Source of the DNA: Vicugna vicugna
Lineage: Eukaryota
Direction of reading: 5' to 3'
NCBI GenBank assembly: GCA_013265495.1
Contig: MU057887.1
Coordinates: forward strand, 2,637,576 to 2,701,575
Length of the DNA: 64,000 nt
The stretch's first letter is position 1; each line of letters begins with the position of its first letter. Below, piece by piece: positions 12,188-22,700 of the stretch. Both the position numbers and the translations under genes were made by a program. Under the pieces are notes generated by a model, which was not told the DNA's origin, did no database searches, and saw only the letters and a list, made by a program, of their open reading frames with translations.

Positions 12188-13039
12188 AGCTCCTCTGGGA
12201 CCCCGAGGGCTCCTTCAGCTCGGACGTGCAGGGCTCCAGGGCTTTGCGGATCATAGGATTGTGTTTAACAAGGAAGGCTGTTTCCCACCGGCTGGGAGGG
12301 GTGCCCGGTGTTGGGGTGTCCTGGACGGGCAGGGTGCAGGCCAGGCCCCGCCTGCAGCACCCTGAGCAGATTCCAGCCTCTCTGAGCCACAGCCCCACCT
12401 GTGACATGGGGGTGCAGAGGCCCCCTGTGCAGAGCTGGAGGGGACCAGACACCACACGCAAGCCCAGCGCACAGCGGGCATTCACCGAAGGGCCTCCAGG
12501 AAGTCACCCCGATGGGGACTAAGGAACCAGGGGTTCAGAGAGGATGCATTTTGCCCTGGCTCACACGTGCACACACACGCTCACACAGGCACACACACGC
12601 TCGCACGTGCACACACGGCTGGTTAGTGACAGAGCTGAAATTCACACTGCACACCACCGTGTCTACCCTCCTCACAGACAACTGCCTGTAAGACTCAGGA
12701 TGGAAATTTCAGAATATCAACAACGGGAGAGGAGAAGGGCCCACGAATGAAGGTCTAAGGGCAGGGGAGGGAGCAGGGGGAAGATTCTCGAAACACCTAC
12801 AGGTCTGAGAAGGAGAGTCTGCCTCTCTGCAGGTGGTCGGGGAGCTGACCAGGGCCCTCCCACCCCTGCCCACCCCGCGCGGGACTCCTGCTGCCCAGGG
12901 AGCACAAGACAGATGCGGAGTGGAAACTGGAGGCCTCGTTCGCAGCATTCAATGTAAGAGGTTTCGCCTTTCCTCACACGAGAGAGACCGAAAACTTCAA
13001 GGGCAGGAGGAAACAGAAGGAAGCAATTCGCAGCACATC

Positions 13040-13760
13040 ATATGATAAAGAAACGTGGGTGGCCCTCATCCTCTCTTCCTGAGAGGGAACCTCTGAGTCT
13101 TCGGAATTTCCAGAAGGCTGGGTGCCTGCGTCAGCACGGTGGCCCTGGACCACATCCGAGCTTATTCTAATGAGTCGATGCCACTGGGCCCTCGATGGTC
13201 TATGCAATGGCGGTGACTCAGGACGGGGCTGGCCACGCCAGAAACACCAGTCATGAGACTAGAGGGCTGGGGCTCTGAGCCTCAGGGTATCAGCCCAGCC
13301 TCCCCATCCCAGGGCAGGAGCGCGGGCTGGAGACTGAGTTTAACCTCCTGGCCATGATTCAGTCAGCCTCACGGACGGAAGGAAACCTGGATCAGAACTC
13401 TGGACCCTGAAGCTCCGATGAGCTTACCGGGTTGGCGGGGTCTGTGTGCTGTCACACAAGGACGTACCTGGAGGGAAAGGTGACTCTGGGGACGATGGAA
13501 GCTTCCCATGTGGGGCCCTCGGCTGTGGTCCTCACCTGTGTCCTTTGCTGTGATAAAACTAGCACCACGGGTACAGTGCTTTCCTGTGTTGGTCCAGTGA
13601 CGTCCCCAACCCAAGGAAGGCTGTGAAGACCCTGATCTGCACCCAGCCGGTCCGAAGTGAGGCCCGGGTAGCCAGCCTGGCCGCCGCCGTCCGCAGTGAG
13701 GCCCAGCTTGGGGCGGACGACACCTGCACGTGTGGGGCTGGCGTCAGAAGTCACCGCACA
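13040..13760 (+). mobile_element. MER21-family LTR (MER21B/C-like)
   Basis: ggaatttcc, ggggctggccacgccagaaacacca, gggctggagactgagtttaac, tcctttgctgtgataaaact, gtcagaag in MER21 order. Confidence 0.8.
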
Positions 13761-15009
13761 CGCAGATGACGCGGGACAACACAGGTGGTAAAACTCACTG
13801 CCAACCCAGGTCTGTTGGTCAAAAGCCAATAAAGCACGGGCTTGGCCGTGCTGGTTCCAAACACCCCGTATTTAAGTTTAAGTAGAATTACATGGAACGA
13901 GGTGTCGATGCAGACTGTTAAGCTCTTAATTCTGCGACGTGGGCGAGTGGTAATCCCGCACAGGCTGGCCGAGATGACAACGTGGAAGTGAGCCTCTGCG
14001 ACTCCCGGGAAGGCCTGAAGGAAGTGGAAGAACTGCGGAGTGCCTCGTAAAGACCTGCTCAGGCTCCCCCTTTCCACCTTGAGGATGCACAGCAGAGAAA
14101 CCTGATGAGACTTAAAACAACTGGAATTATTAAACAAAATCATACCAGGAAGAGAGAGGCGCTGTATTATTCCCCATAATTTGTGGGCGTGGCAAAATGA
14201 TCTTAGTCTGTCCCACAAAAATCCCAGCGAATTTTCAAACGCAGACACCGCACAGAGCACATTCACTCGTTAAATGAGGATTTAGCGGAGAAGCAAACAC
14301 AGAGAGATGCACACAGTGCGAACGGCAAAGACCTGGTTACAGGGCCCAGACAGCACCCCGAGACGAAGTCCCTCGGCTCTTGGTATAGAAGGCAGGAGCA
14401 GGGGTGTCGGGGGGGGACTCGCTATTCTTGGCATCAGGGCTCAAAGGGGAGCTCACCCGAGGAGGGGTGACCGTCCCGCCCCCACCCTCAGGGCTCTGGC
14501 CCCCCGTCGCCTCCTGCTTCACTCTCCGAGTGCCCCGGGCGCCCCTTCCACCCCTGTGCACAGCCAGGTCCCTCTGCCGGGCGCCCCCTGGATTCCGTGT
14601 GGATCCCAGAGGCACCCGAGGTGCCGTCTCCCGGGGCTCCATCTCTCCCCCTCAGAGCGGGGCGGGGCCCCCCGAGGATGCTCACGCGGCCTCGGTCTTG
14701 CACCCTTCCTTTTCTTAGGCTGCACCGTCACATCCCGGACACGACCCTGTCCTTCCCACGAGACTGAGAAATCCTTGGGGCAAAGTTTTGCCTTATTCTT
14801 ACCTGTGAACCCCCGGAATGGAGCCCCTTGCAGGTGGGAGGCCTCCACGGAACACGCTTGCATCAGTTAGCATCCCAAAGCACGCATCACCAGAAGCTTG
14901 AAAAGGCAAAGAGTCAACGCAGCAGTTGAGGACCAGTTTCTTAGGACACTGAAAACAGCAGATGTCCGGGGCGCAGACTGCGGCTGCACCGCTCCCCAGC
15001 GGGGTGGCT

Positions 15010-15175
15010 GTGGGCACGGAGCTTGACTGCTCTTGGCCTCAGTTTTCTCATCAGCATAGTGGGCACAGGGATGGGCTCTATGCTTCAGGATGACTGCGAG
15101 GATGGACTGAGCTGACACGCATGATGTTTGGAGCCACTGGGTACACCCCACGTGCTGTAGCGTGCTGGCTATTAT
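15010..15175 (+). mobile_element. MIR SINE
   Basis: ggcctcagttttctcatcagcatagtggg ... caggatgactgcgaggatggactgag. Confidence 0.6.
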
Positions 15176-16099
15176 TTGGAGGGTGGACATGTCATAACAT
15201 CATCCCTAGGTTGGCTGAGACCCCATCTGAGACCCCAGGCCCCTCAGGACCCTCTGGGCTCACCCGGCCATGGGCACTCAGGCCCAGCCCCGAGGCTCCT
15301 TGCCTTCACCCAGCGCCGCCTCACGGATCACGCAGCCTTCGGGAACCACGGCCCCGGCACCTCCACCCGCACTGCTCACAGCCCTCTCACCCTGCGGGGC
15401 GCACGGCGGGCTCGGTCTGCAGGGTCTGCTCTGCCCCTCCACCGTGCACGCACGCCCAGCTCCGCCCAGCTCCGCAGAGCAGCCAGCTCCTCCTGCAGCA
15501 CTTGTGGTGTCGGGCTCGGGGTAAACGTGCAAGTTGGGCCCTGTGTGCCCTTCCTGGCCCGGTCACCGGTCCAGCGCCCCCCAGCCCCTTCCCGCTGACC
15601 CCAGGAATGTCAGGCCGGCCACCCCAGGAGCAGCGGCGGTGGCTTCCCTTCTGTCGGCGTCCCCTGGGCTGCCCTCTCGTGCCCCTCTAACCCCCACGCC
15701 TCCTGAAATCCCTTGTTTCGGTTTCTCTGGAGGCTGTGGACATCTGTCGATTCTTTTCCCAATCCACGTTCACCCTCTCCCTCCTGCTCCGCGCATCCAG
15801 GTCCTCCCGGGGACCCCCACCCCAGTGTGAAGGCACCATCCGTGCAGAGGGGCCGCCCAGACCACACCCCAGGTGGAGGGAATCCCATCCCACTGGCCGT
15901 GGACAGAGGGTCCAGGATGGGCGTCCTTCCGCAGGGACTGGCGGGGAGGGGACGTTCCGTGGGAAGTCACCGGCAAGCCCCACCCTGTCCAGCCTCCTGC
16001 CCGAGCGGAGCAGCCCGAGGTGGACGCTGCCCCCGGGGCAGGGCTGGGCACTCCAGGCGGGGCTCCTCCCCCAGCAGAGCCCAGCGGAGGCCTCTTTCT

Positions 16100-16720
16100 G
16101 CTCCCAACTGTGACAAGTCCCCTCACCAGGTCGGATAAAGGCCCAGGGAGCAAGATACTCAAAAAACAATGAGAAACATACTGGTTAGAAGGAAGCAGTT
16201 CTGAAGTGGAGGAAAACACGTCTTCACTGAGAGGGATACAAGGTGAGCTGAGGAAAGGAGCTGTGGGCTGAGAGGAGGCCTGTGGGCGTGACTTGCTCCA
16301 CGCTCATCGGCATGTTTGATGCAGTTCCAATCACAGGTTCCGTAGAGATTGCTCGGACGTGCCATAAAGTTATTCCTAAATGTATGCAGGGGGAGGAAGC
16401 ATTTAGCATTTTTGAGGATGTGAACAGAGACCAGCGATGGGGCGCTTGTCCTCCCAGATCGCAAACCGCGCTCTGAACCTGCAGGACAGAAAAGCAGGAA
16501 TCAGGGCTCAGGAACAGGACACAGCGATGGACCAGAATCAGCAGGGCTCAAACCTGCCTGCGTGACACTGGATCGAGAAAAGATGCCAGCGCAGCGAGGG
16601 GAGGCGGCTCGGTCCACCAAGGGAGCTGGGAACATCGGCCTTGAGGCTGAAATACAGCCTGCAAGTGCCAAGGTGCCTGCAAAGGTAAAAGAGGGAAAGG
16701 CCTGAAAGACGGTAAGACAG
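16100..16720 (+). mobile_element. Old L1 (L1M/L1ME) ORF2 fragment, strongly GC-shifted
   Basis: tttgatgcagttccaatcaca, ataaagttattcctaaatgtatgc, cttgtcctcccagatcgcaaa, gatggaccagaat follow the order of L1 ORF2 motifs. Confidence 0.6.
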
Positions 16721-18244
16721 GTGCCCATCTAACCACCTGAGACGGGGAGGGGTCAGCCGGGAAAGAATGGGGTGAATCAGAGAAGGGGAGAGGAGGCAGG
16801 GGGACAGCCGTCACAGCCCGGCTGCTGGCTGACATTCTCGCTTCCCTTCTCCCGCCTTTGTAAGAAACGGCCACTTGCTCACCGCGGCCTGCGTCCCTCC
16901 GGCCGGTGGTTGTGTGAACGGCCTGGCATCCTCTGGGTGCTGTGTGCGGGGTGCTCCCAACTTGCCGGGAGGTGTGGGGGGCTCTCTTCCAGGTTCTGTG
17001 AAATCTGAGGACACTGACCTTGGGCAGCTTGTAGACACTGATTCCCGGGACCCCTTTCACTGGAGTCCAGGGATGTTAGATTTCAGAAAAGGGCCATTTG
17101 AGTTTTACTTGAGACTTTCAACATGACTGGAGGAGGAAAAAATTCTTTCAGCCAAAAAAGGGAGAGAAAGCAGGGGGTGGGGGGAGAAATAAAATGTCAA
17201 ATCTGCAAATGTGCGGCATTTTAAATGATCCAAGCACTTGCTCTAATTGGTATTCCAAACTAGGCAAGAGCAGAAAGTCAAAATCTACATTTAAATGAAG
17301 ATCTTCCCAGCCCCTGACCCAGGGCTGCGGTCTGCACGGGGCCTCCTGGGACCCCGGGGACGTGGAGTGCAAGGCCCCCGGACGGCCCACAGGGGTGCTG
17401 TGAGGGTGGGGGCAGGTAGGAGCGTCAGCGGGGCTCGCCCACCCCCGTGTGAAGGCACAGGTGTGCACGGGGCGGGAGGCGTCCGGCCATCACAACCCAG
17501 GGGGCCTGGAATCTGTCTCAGCTGCACACAGAGCCGCCCCGGCTACCGTCAGCCAAGCACCGTCCGTCTCGGAAAAGGTTACTTTTCCCAGGGGCTCCGT
17601 GGGGGAGGGCCCCAGGGTGTTGACTCTATCCCTCTGTGTGGCCCTGGAAATAAATGGCCCCTTGGAAACAACCGGCACCCCAGAGCTGTTGTCCGAGCCC
17701 CCGCAAACCTGGCCAATGGTCCAGGGCCCGGGCAGGGATGTCAGTGCAAAGATGAGGTCAGGAAAGACGCTTTCCCTCCGTCTCTGCATTGGTAGAATCC
17801 TTCCCGTGGCACCATTCAGAGGCCCCCGGCAGGCTCTCAGTCCCCGGGTGGCGGTGATGCTGGCAGGAGCTGGGAAGGCAGGAGGCTGGGCGGGCTCCAG
17901 CTGAGCCGGGGTCTGCGGTTTCCACCGTTCACGTCCCCCCAGGAGGACCGACAGGGTAGCAGTAATCAGAGCTGCCCACCCGGAGGCCATGGCGTCTCAA
18001 CAACAGGGCCATTAGCCTCATTTTACAAATGCAAAAACGAAACAGCACTGGCCTTCAGGGGCGTAGCCACCCAAGCGCACGTGTGCCAGGGACATGGTGT
18101 TCACAGGGGCCCGCAGACTTGACCCCAAGCCCCTGGAGTTTCCCCCATACCCTACTCTCTCCAAGCTGCCCCCAGAGGCTTCAGAGGTTCCTGGAACAGG
18201 GTGAATCACGAGTAACTAAACCACCATGCTGTGCCCCAGGCAGG

Positions 18245-18548
18245 AACAGGACATTAACGGACGCAGACTCACAGACACAGAAAGCAATCTCATGGTGCCA
18301 GGGGGAAAGGGGTGGGAAGGGTAAACTGGGAGCCCGAGATGTGCAGATACGGACTACTCTGTGTAGAACAGGGCGAACGACAAGTTTCTTCCGTACAACA
18401 CAGGGAACTAGAGTCAGCATCTTGTAGTAACTTGCAATCCAAAAGAGCATGGAAAGCAGTACACGCATGCACATGCATGACTGGAACACGCTGTGCACCA
18501 GAAACTGACACAACACTGTAACCTGACTGCATGTCAATAAAAAAAATT
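18245..18548 (+). mobile_element. Artiodactyl/camelid-type L1 3' UTR with poly(A)
   Basis: cagactcacagacacagaaagcaatctcatggt ... cacagggaacta ... caccagaaactgacacaacactgtaacctgact ... aataaaaaaaa. Confidence 0.85.
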
Positions 18549-20149
18549 TTTAAGTGCACATCTGTAGTCTTTAGAGCACCCACTGCGGCGGTCCCAGCCA
18601 CACAGTTTGCAGAGTGACCGTCCCCCCATCCTGACTCCTGGATGAGAAAGAAAACCCCCTTTTGTGAACAAGGAAACCGATGGTCAGCGAGGTTGGGTAT
18701 CTTCGCCAAATTTACATGCCGCACGCGATCCAGGCTCGTCTCCGAAGTGAGGGCCACCTCGGCCATGACGTCAGCTCTCCAGGACCCGGTCACCCACCCG
18801 TGAGTCGTGACTTCAACCAGGTGGATCCCAGTGGGTCCAGGAGGCGCCTTCTCCCGCTCACCGAGGAGCCTCGGGCCTCCTCCCAAATGGTCCCCCTTGC
18901 CTCCCACACCCGTGAACAAAGCACCCACGTGATCTGTTTGCCCAAGATGAAAGAGTCAATAAGTGAGTTTTTGCCAAGCCTGGAATCAGGGCCATTTGTC
19001 ACATAAATGGGGACTCCTGTGCCTGCAGCAGGCTGAGTTTGAACTGCTCAGAGAGGAGGGGAAGAAATCCACTTGGTTAAGTATACTTCCCAGGCCTCTT
19101 GCTTCTCCTGCAGAAGAAACGGAGTAAGAGACTGAACTCAGCAGCTCATCAAGGAACCCCCCAAACATGGCTGTTTACTAAGAAGCTCAGGGCTGGGGGT
19201 TCAGACCCAGTGGGAGGTCCTAATGCTGGTTTTGTGCTTCACAAATGCGCCCCTTAGATGAAAGGAAGGCGGTCCCCTCGTGTCTGGAGGGCTGTGGAGG
19301 CATGAGCTGTCCCCCCGCCCGCCTCAGGGCCCCCAGGCTGTCATCAGGGCCCTGTGCCCCAGAGCACAGGACAGCCTCGCGGCCACGGGGGATGGCGCCC
19401 CGGGCTAGGCACCCGGCGGGTCACAGAGTTAAGTGCTGTCGGGTGAGAGGAGCGCTCCGGGGCCTGAACCTGTGAAAGAGCGGGTAAGAGCAGGGCTCCT
19501 GGGGGTCCTCGGCGTCCCAGCATCCTTAGGAGGTCACAGACACACCAAGCCAACGGGAGGCTGAGAAGCCGTGCCTGCGGGGCCCGCACTCCCGGGAACC
19601 CCCCCAGGGCCTCCCGCCTCTGTGGACCTGACTTACTGTGCAGGAAGACCTCCAGGCCGCTTGCATCCCGAGGGTCTCTGGTCAGGAAATGCCCAGCAGA
19701 GCGATTCCTGGGAGTAAGAAGGCAAGACTAGACTCTGATCAACTCAGGGCAGAAGGACCCGGGGCCCCAGGACGCACCACAGATTCAGGGCCCCCCGCGG
19801 ACCAGCCGTGGGACCCCGCCGGCCTGCCCGTCCCTGCTCTGTGGGGCGACAGGGTGACACAGGGCCCGCCCCTGCACAGGGCACGTTCCTCTTGCTGGTG
19901 GGGAGTCTCAGGCCTCTGCCGTGTCCTGGAAACCGTGAGGGACGTGGCGTCACCCACACGGCTGCCCACGGGAAGGACGGAGCGTCCAGACTCTGCTCGT
20001 GCGGCTTTTCAGCTGCCGGGCGTTCACGTCGGCAGCCTGGGAGCCACACACTCTGGGCCAGGGGTCTGCGAAGCGCGTACTCGGATTGCTGTAAATCTGA
20101 AGTCAGTGCTGTTCGCACCGGTTCTGGGATACAAAAATCATCTCTCTAT

Positions 20150-20318
20150 TTTTCGTTTGTTTTCTTTATTTTTTAAAATTTATTTATTTATTTTATTGTC
20201 TTGGTGGCAGGGAGGTAATTAGGTTTATTCATTTATTTTTAATGGAGCTACCGGGGGTGGAACCAGGACCTCGTGCATGCTAAGCACGCACTCTATCGCT
20301 CAGCTAGACCCTCCTCCC
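20150..20318 (-). mobile_element. Vic-1-type camelid tRNA-derived SINE
   Basis: Antisense tRNA-like head gggaggagggtctagctgagcgatagagtgcgtgcttagcatgcacgaggtcctggttcc, followed by taaacctaattacctccc and an A-rich tail. Confidence 0.85.
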
Positions 20319-20699
20319 TAAGAGCATCTTTCTGTCTGAATGCAGGCGGCGTCCCCAAAGAGAAGTTTGAGGGGAGCCATCGCTAATTCAAGGCGGCGTT
20401 TCCTAACGAGGCATCTCGAGCCTGCCCCGCAAGGCTGCAGGCAGCTGGCGGGAGAGTGCGAGGAGGACAGCGTGGGGAAGGGGCGGGCAGCATCAGCTCC
20501 CGACTCAGCCCCTCTCCTCCGAAGTGGCTCGGGTCCTGGGGGACACGGTGGAGTTGGTGGTCGGGCAGGAGCCTCGGGCAGGGAGGGGACCTGGCCCCCC
20601 TCGGGAGCCACAGACTTGGGCCTCCAGGAGGCAGTACTGCGGCCGCCTTCCATCCGACCTGGGACGTGTCTCCTGCATGTGACTTCCGGCAGGGACTGT

Positions 20700-21030
20700 G
20701 CCCCACGGCTTCTGCTCACCGGCCGAATCTGCTGTCTTGTTCTGCCCCATCTCTGGACCGGCCACCATGCAAGGAAAGGCCCAGGCCACAGGGAGAGGCC
20801 ACAGGAAAGAGCTCTGGTCACCAGTCCCAGCTGAACCCAGGCTTCCAGATGCCCCCATGTTTCCCACCTTCTCAGCTGGGGACCCCACACCATGAAGCAG
20901 AGATTAGCTGTCCCCACCAAGCCCGGGCAAACAGCTGACTGGCAAAGGTCACAAGGGTAACAAAATGGTCTGTGGTTTACACCACCAAACTCAGGGTGTT
21001 TGTTACACAGCAGGAACTAACCCACGCAGT
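20700..21030 (+). mobile_element. MaLR LTR (MLT1G/H-like) 3' part
   Basis: aggcccaggccacagggagaggccac, gtcccagctgaacccag, tttgttacacagcaggaactaac. Confidence 0.7.
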
Positions 21031-21339
21031 GTCCAACAGATCCCACCGGGTCTCCTGTCCCGCCCTCCCCTCTCCTCTGCCTCATTCCTGGGGCTTCAGT
21101 GGGAGGTGGGAGCTTGTCAGGAAAGGTTCAGGTGAAAATTCCCTGCAGGTACACCTGGTAAACATTTAGCACCCCCCCCCAAATCTGCCTCCAGTCTCCC
21201 CCAGATCCTCATCTGGTCTACCCCCTCTACATCAGCCATAAAAATAATGCAAGTGTTATTCTCATCGTTTTTCTACCACTTGACAATTTAAGAAGTACTC
21301 TCAGATATACTAACTCATTAAATAAAGCAATCTTTAGAG

Positions 21340-21480
21340 ATTCTTATTCTGATTTTTATAAAAATGCTCAGGCTCAGAGAGGCAATGCAACTTGTTCAAA
21401 GTCACTTAATAATGAAGGAAAAATCAAAGTGACTAGCAGGAGCCGGCCTCTAAGCTGAGCTGGTGTCTTTCCAGTACTCA
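21340..21480 (-). mobile_element. MIR SINE fragment
   Basis: caggctcagagaggcaatgcaacttgttcaaagtcac. Confidence 0.6.
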
Positions 21481-21789
21481 CTGCATTTCTTCCAAAAGCC
21501 TGAACATAGACCCAGGCCCCTACAGGATCTGCCCTCAGTAAATCTCCTTCTCTGTTTCTTTTAGAGAATCAAATTCCTTTTGGGAATCAACCAGGCCAAG
21601 AACAAAAAGAGAAAATAAGAAGCAGGTTTGGCAGTTTTACCCATGGGGGAAGCACACTATGGGGTCATCTTGTTTCCTTTTTTGCTTTTGTGGCCAGGAA
21701 GCTCAGCACAACACCAAAGGCAGCACAACCTTGATATCCATGTGGGACTCCAGGCTCTGCTGGCTGAATATCACTCTCCTTATACTTTA

Positions 21790-21952
21790 ATTTTTTAGTC
21801 TCTTTACCTTGTATTTTCCCTGACACAACATTTTATTTATGTAGCACATAGTTTAGGATTTTTTTCCTTTATCGTCCGTTAATGAATTCTTGGCACCTAG
21901 GACTGGGCCAGGCACAAAGTAGGCAGTTACTAAATGAATAAATGACTGAATG
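21790..21952 (+). mobile_element. L2 LINE 3' end
   Basis: gcacctaggactgggccaggcacaaagtaggcagttactaaatgaataaatgactgaatg. Confidence 0.7.
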
Positions 21953-22484
21953 CTACGGTCAGCACCCATAGAAGCCATGTCAAAGTGGCTAATGTGTTCA
22001 GTGCATTGCTGTGTAGTGGAACTTAGTTATTATCCCGAAGTAGAGAGAATGGGGAGGCAGACAGTGAGACTGGAGGCTCTGGACCCAGAGTGAGGGGCTG
22101 GGGAGGCAGCAGAGTCGGGAGGGGCTTCTTGGACCTCAGTCAGGACAGGTCTGGAGGGCCATGGCTTCTGCTGTCCCCCTGGACCCAGCCTGCCTCAGCA
22201 TCCCCGCTGCACTCAGTCCCGGCTGGAGCAGCCCCTGGAAGCAAGTCCTCCACGTGATGCAGGGAAGGATCTCAGAGCAGCAGATGGCACTGAAGAAGAA
22301 CCTCCCATAGTCAGAGCTGTGGGGGTGGGCACATGGCACAGGGGAACCCCAGGGTCCTTACCCGGGGTGCCCCGCTTCCTGAACATCAGAACACTTCTGC
22401 ACAAACCCACCCTTACTCTGTAGGAAGTAATCAGATGCGCCATCAAGACAGGAGTCTGCTGTTCACCCCAGAATCAGCCACGAC

Positions 22485-22700
22485 AGTGGCCTTTGCTGGT
22501 TCAAGAGCCAACCCTCCTGGGCTGGAATCCCAGCTCTGCTTCTGGTTAACTGTGTGATCTTGGGCAAGTTACCTAACCTCCCTGTGCCTCAGTGACTTCA
22601 TTTGATGAAAGGGAGCAAACGCTTGTTCCATAGAGGAGTGAAGTCCATCACTGTTGAGTGCCCAGAACAGTGCCTGGCCCTAAGTGAGCATTCGGAATGG
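22485..22700 (+). mobile_element. MIR SINE, near full length
   Basis: gaatcccagctctgcttctggttaactgtgtgatcttgggcaagttacctaacctccctgtgcctcag ... agaacagtgcctggc. Confidence 0.9.

Noticed and set aside
14803..14948. Minus-strand exon-like segment (CAG|GTAAGA donor; acceptors at 14896 or 14948); similar case at 59113-59158
   Set aside because: Pseudo-exon signals are common in long introns and I have no further support; worth a look only if RNA-seq is available
20240..20318. tRNA-like sequence (also 39634-39710)
   Set aside because: Diverged tRNA-derived SINE heads with SINE body and A-rich tail, not intact tRNA genes
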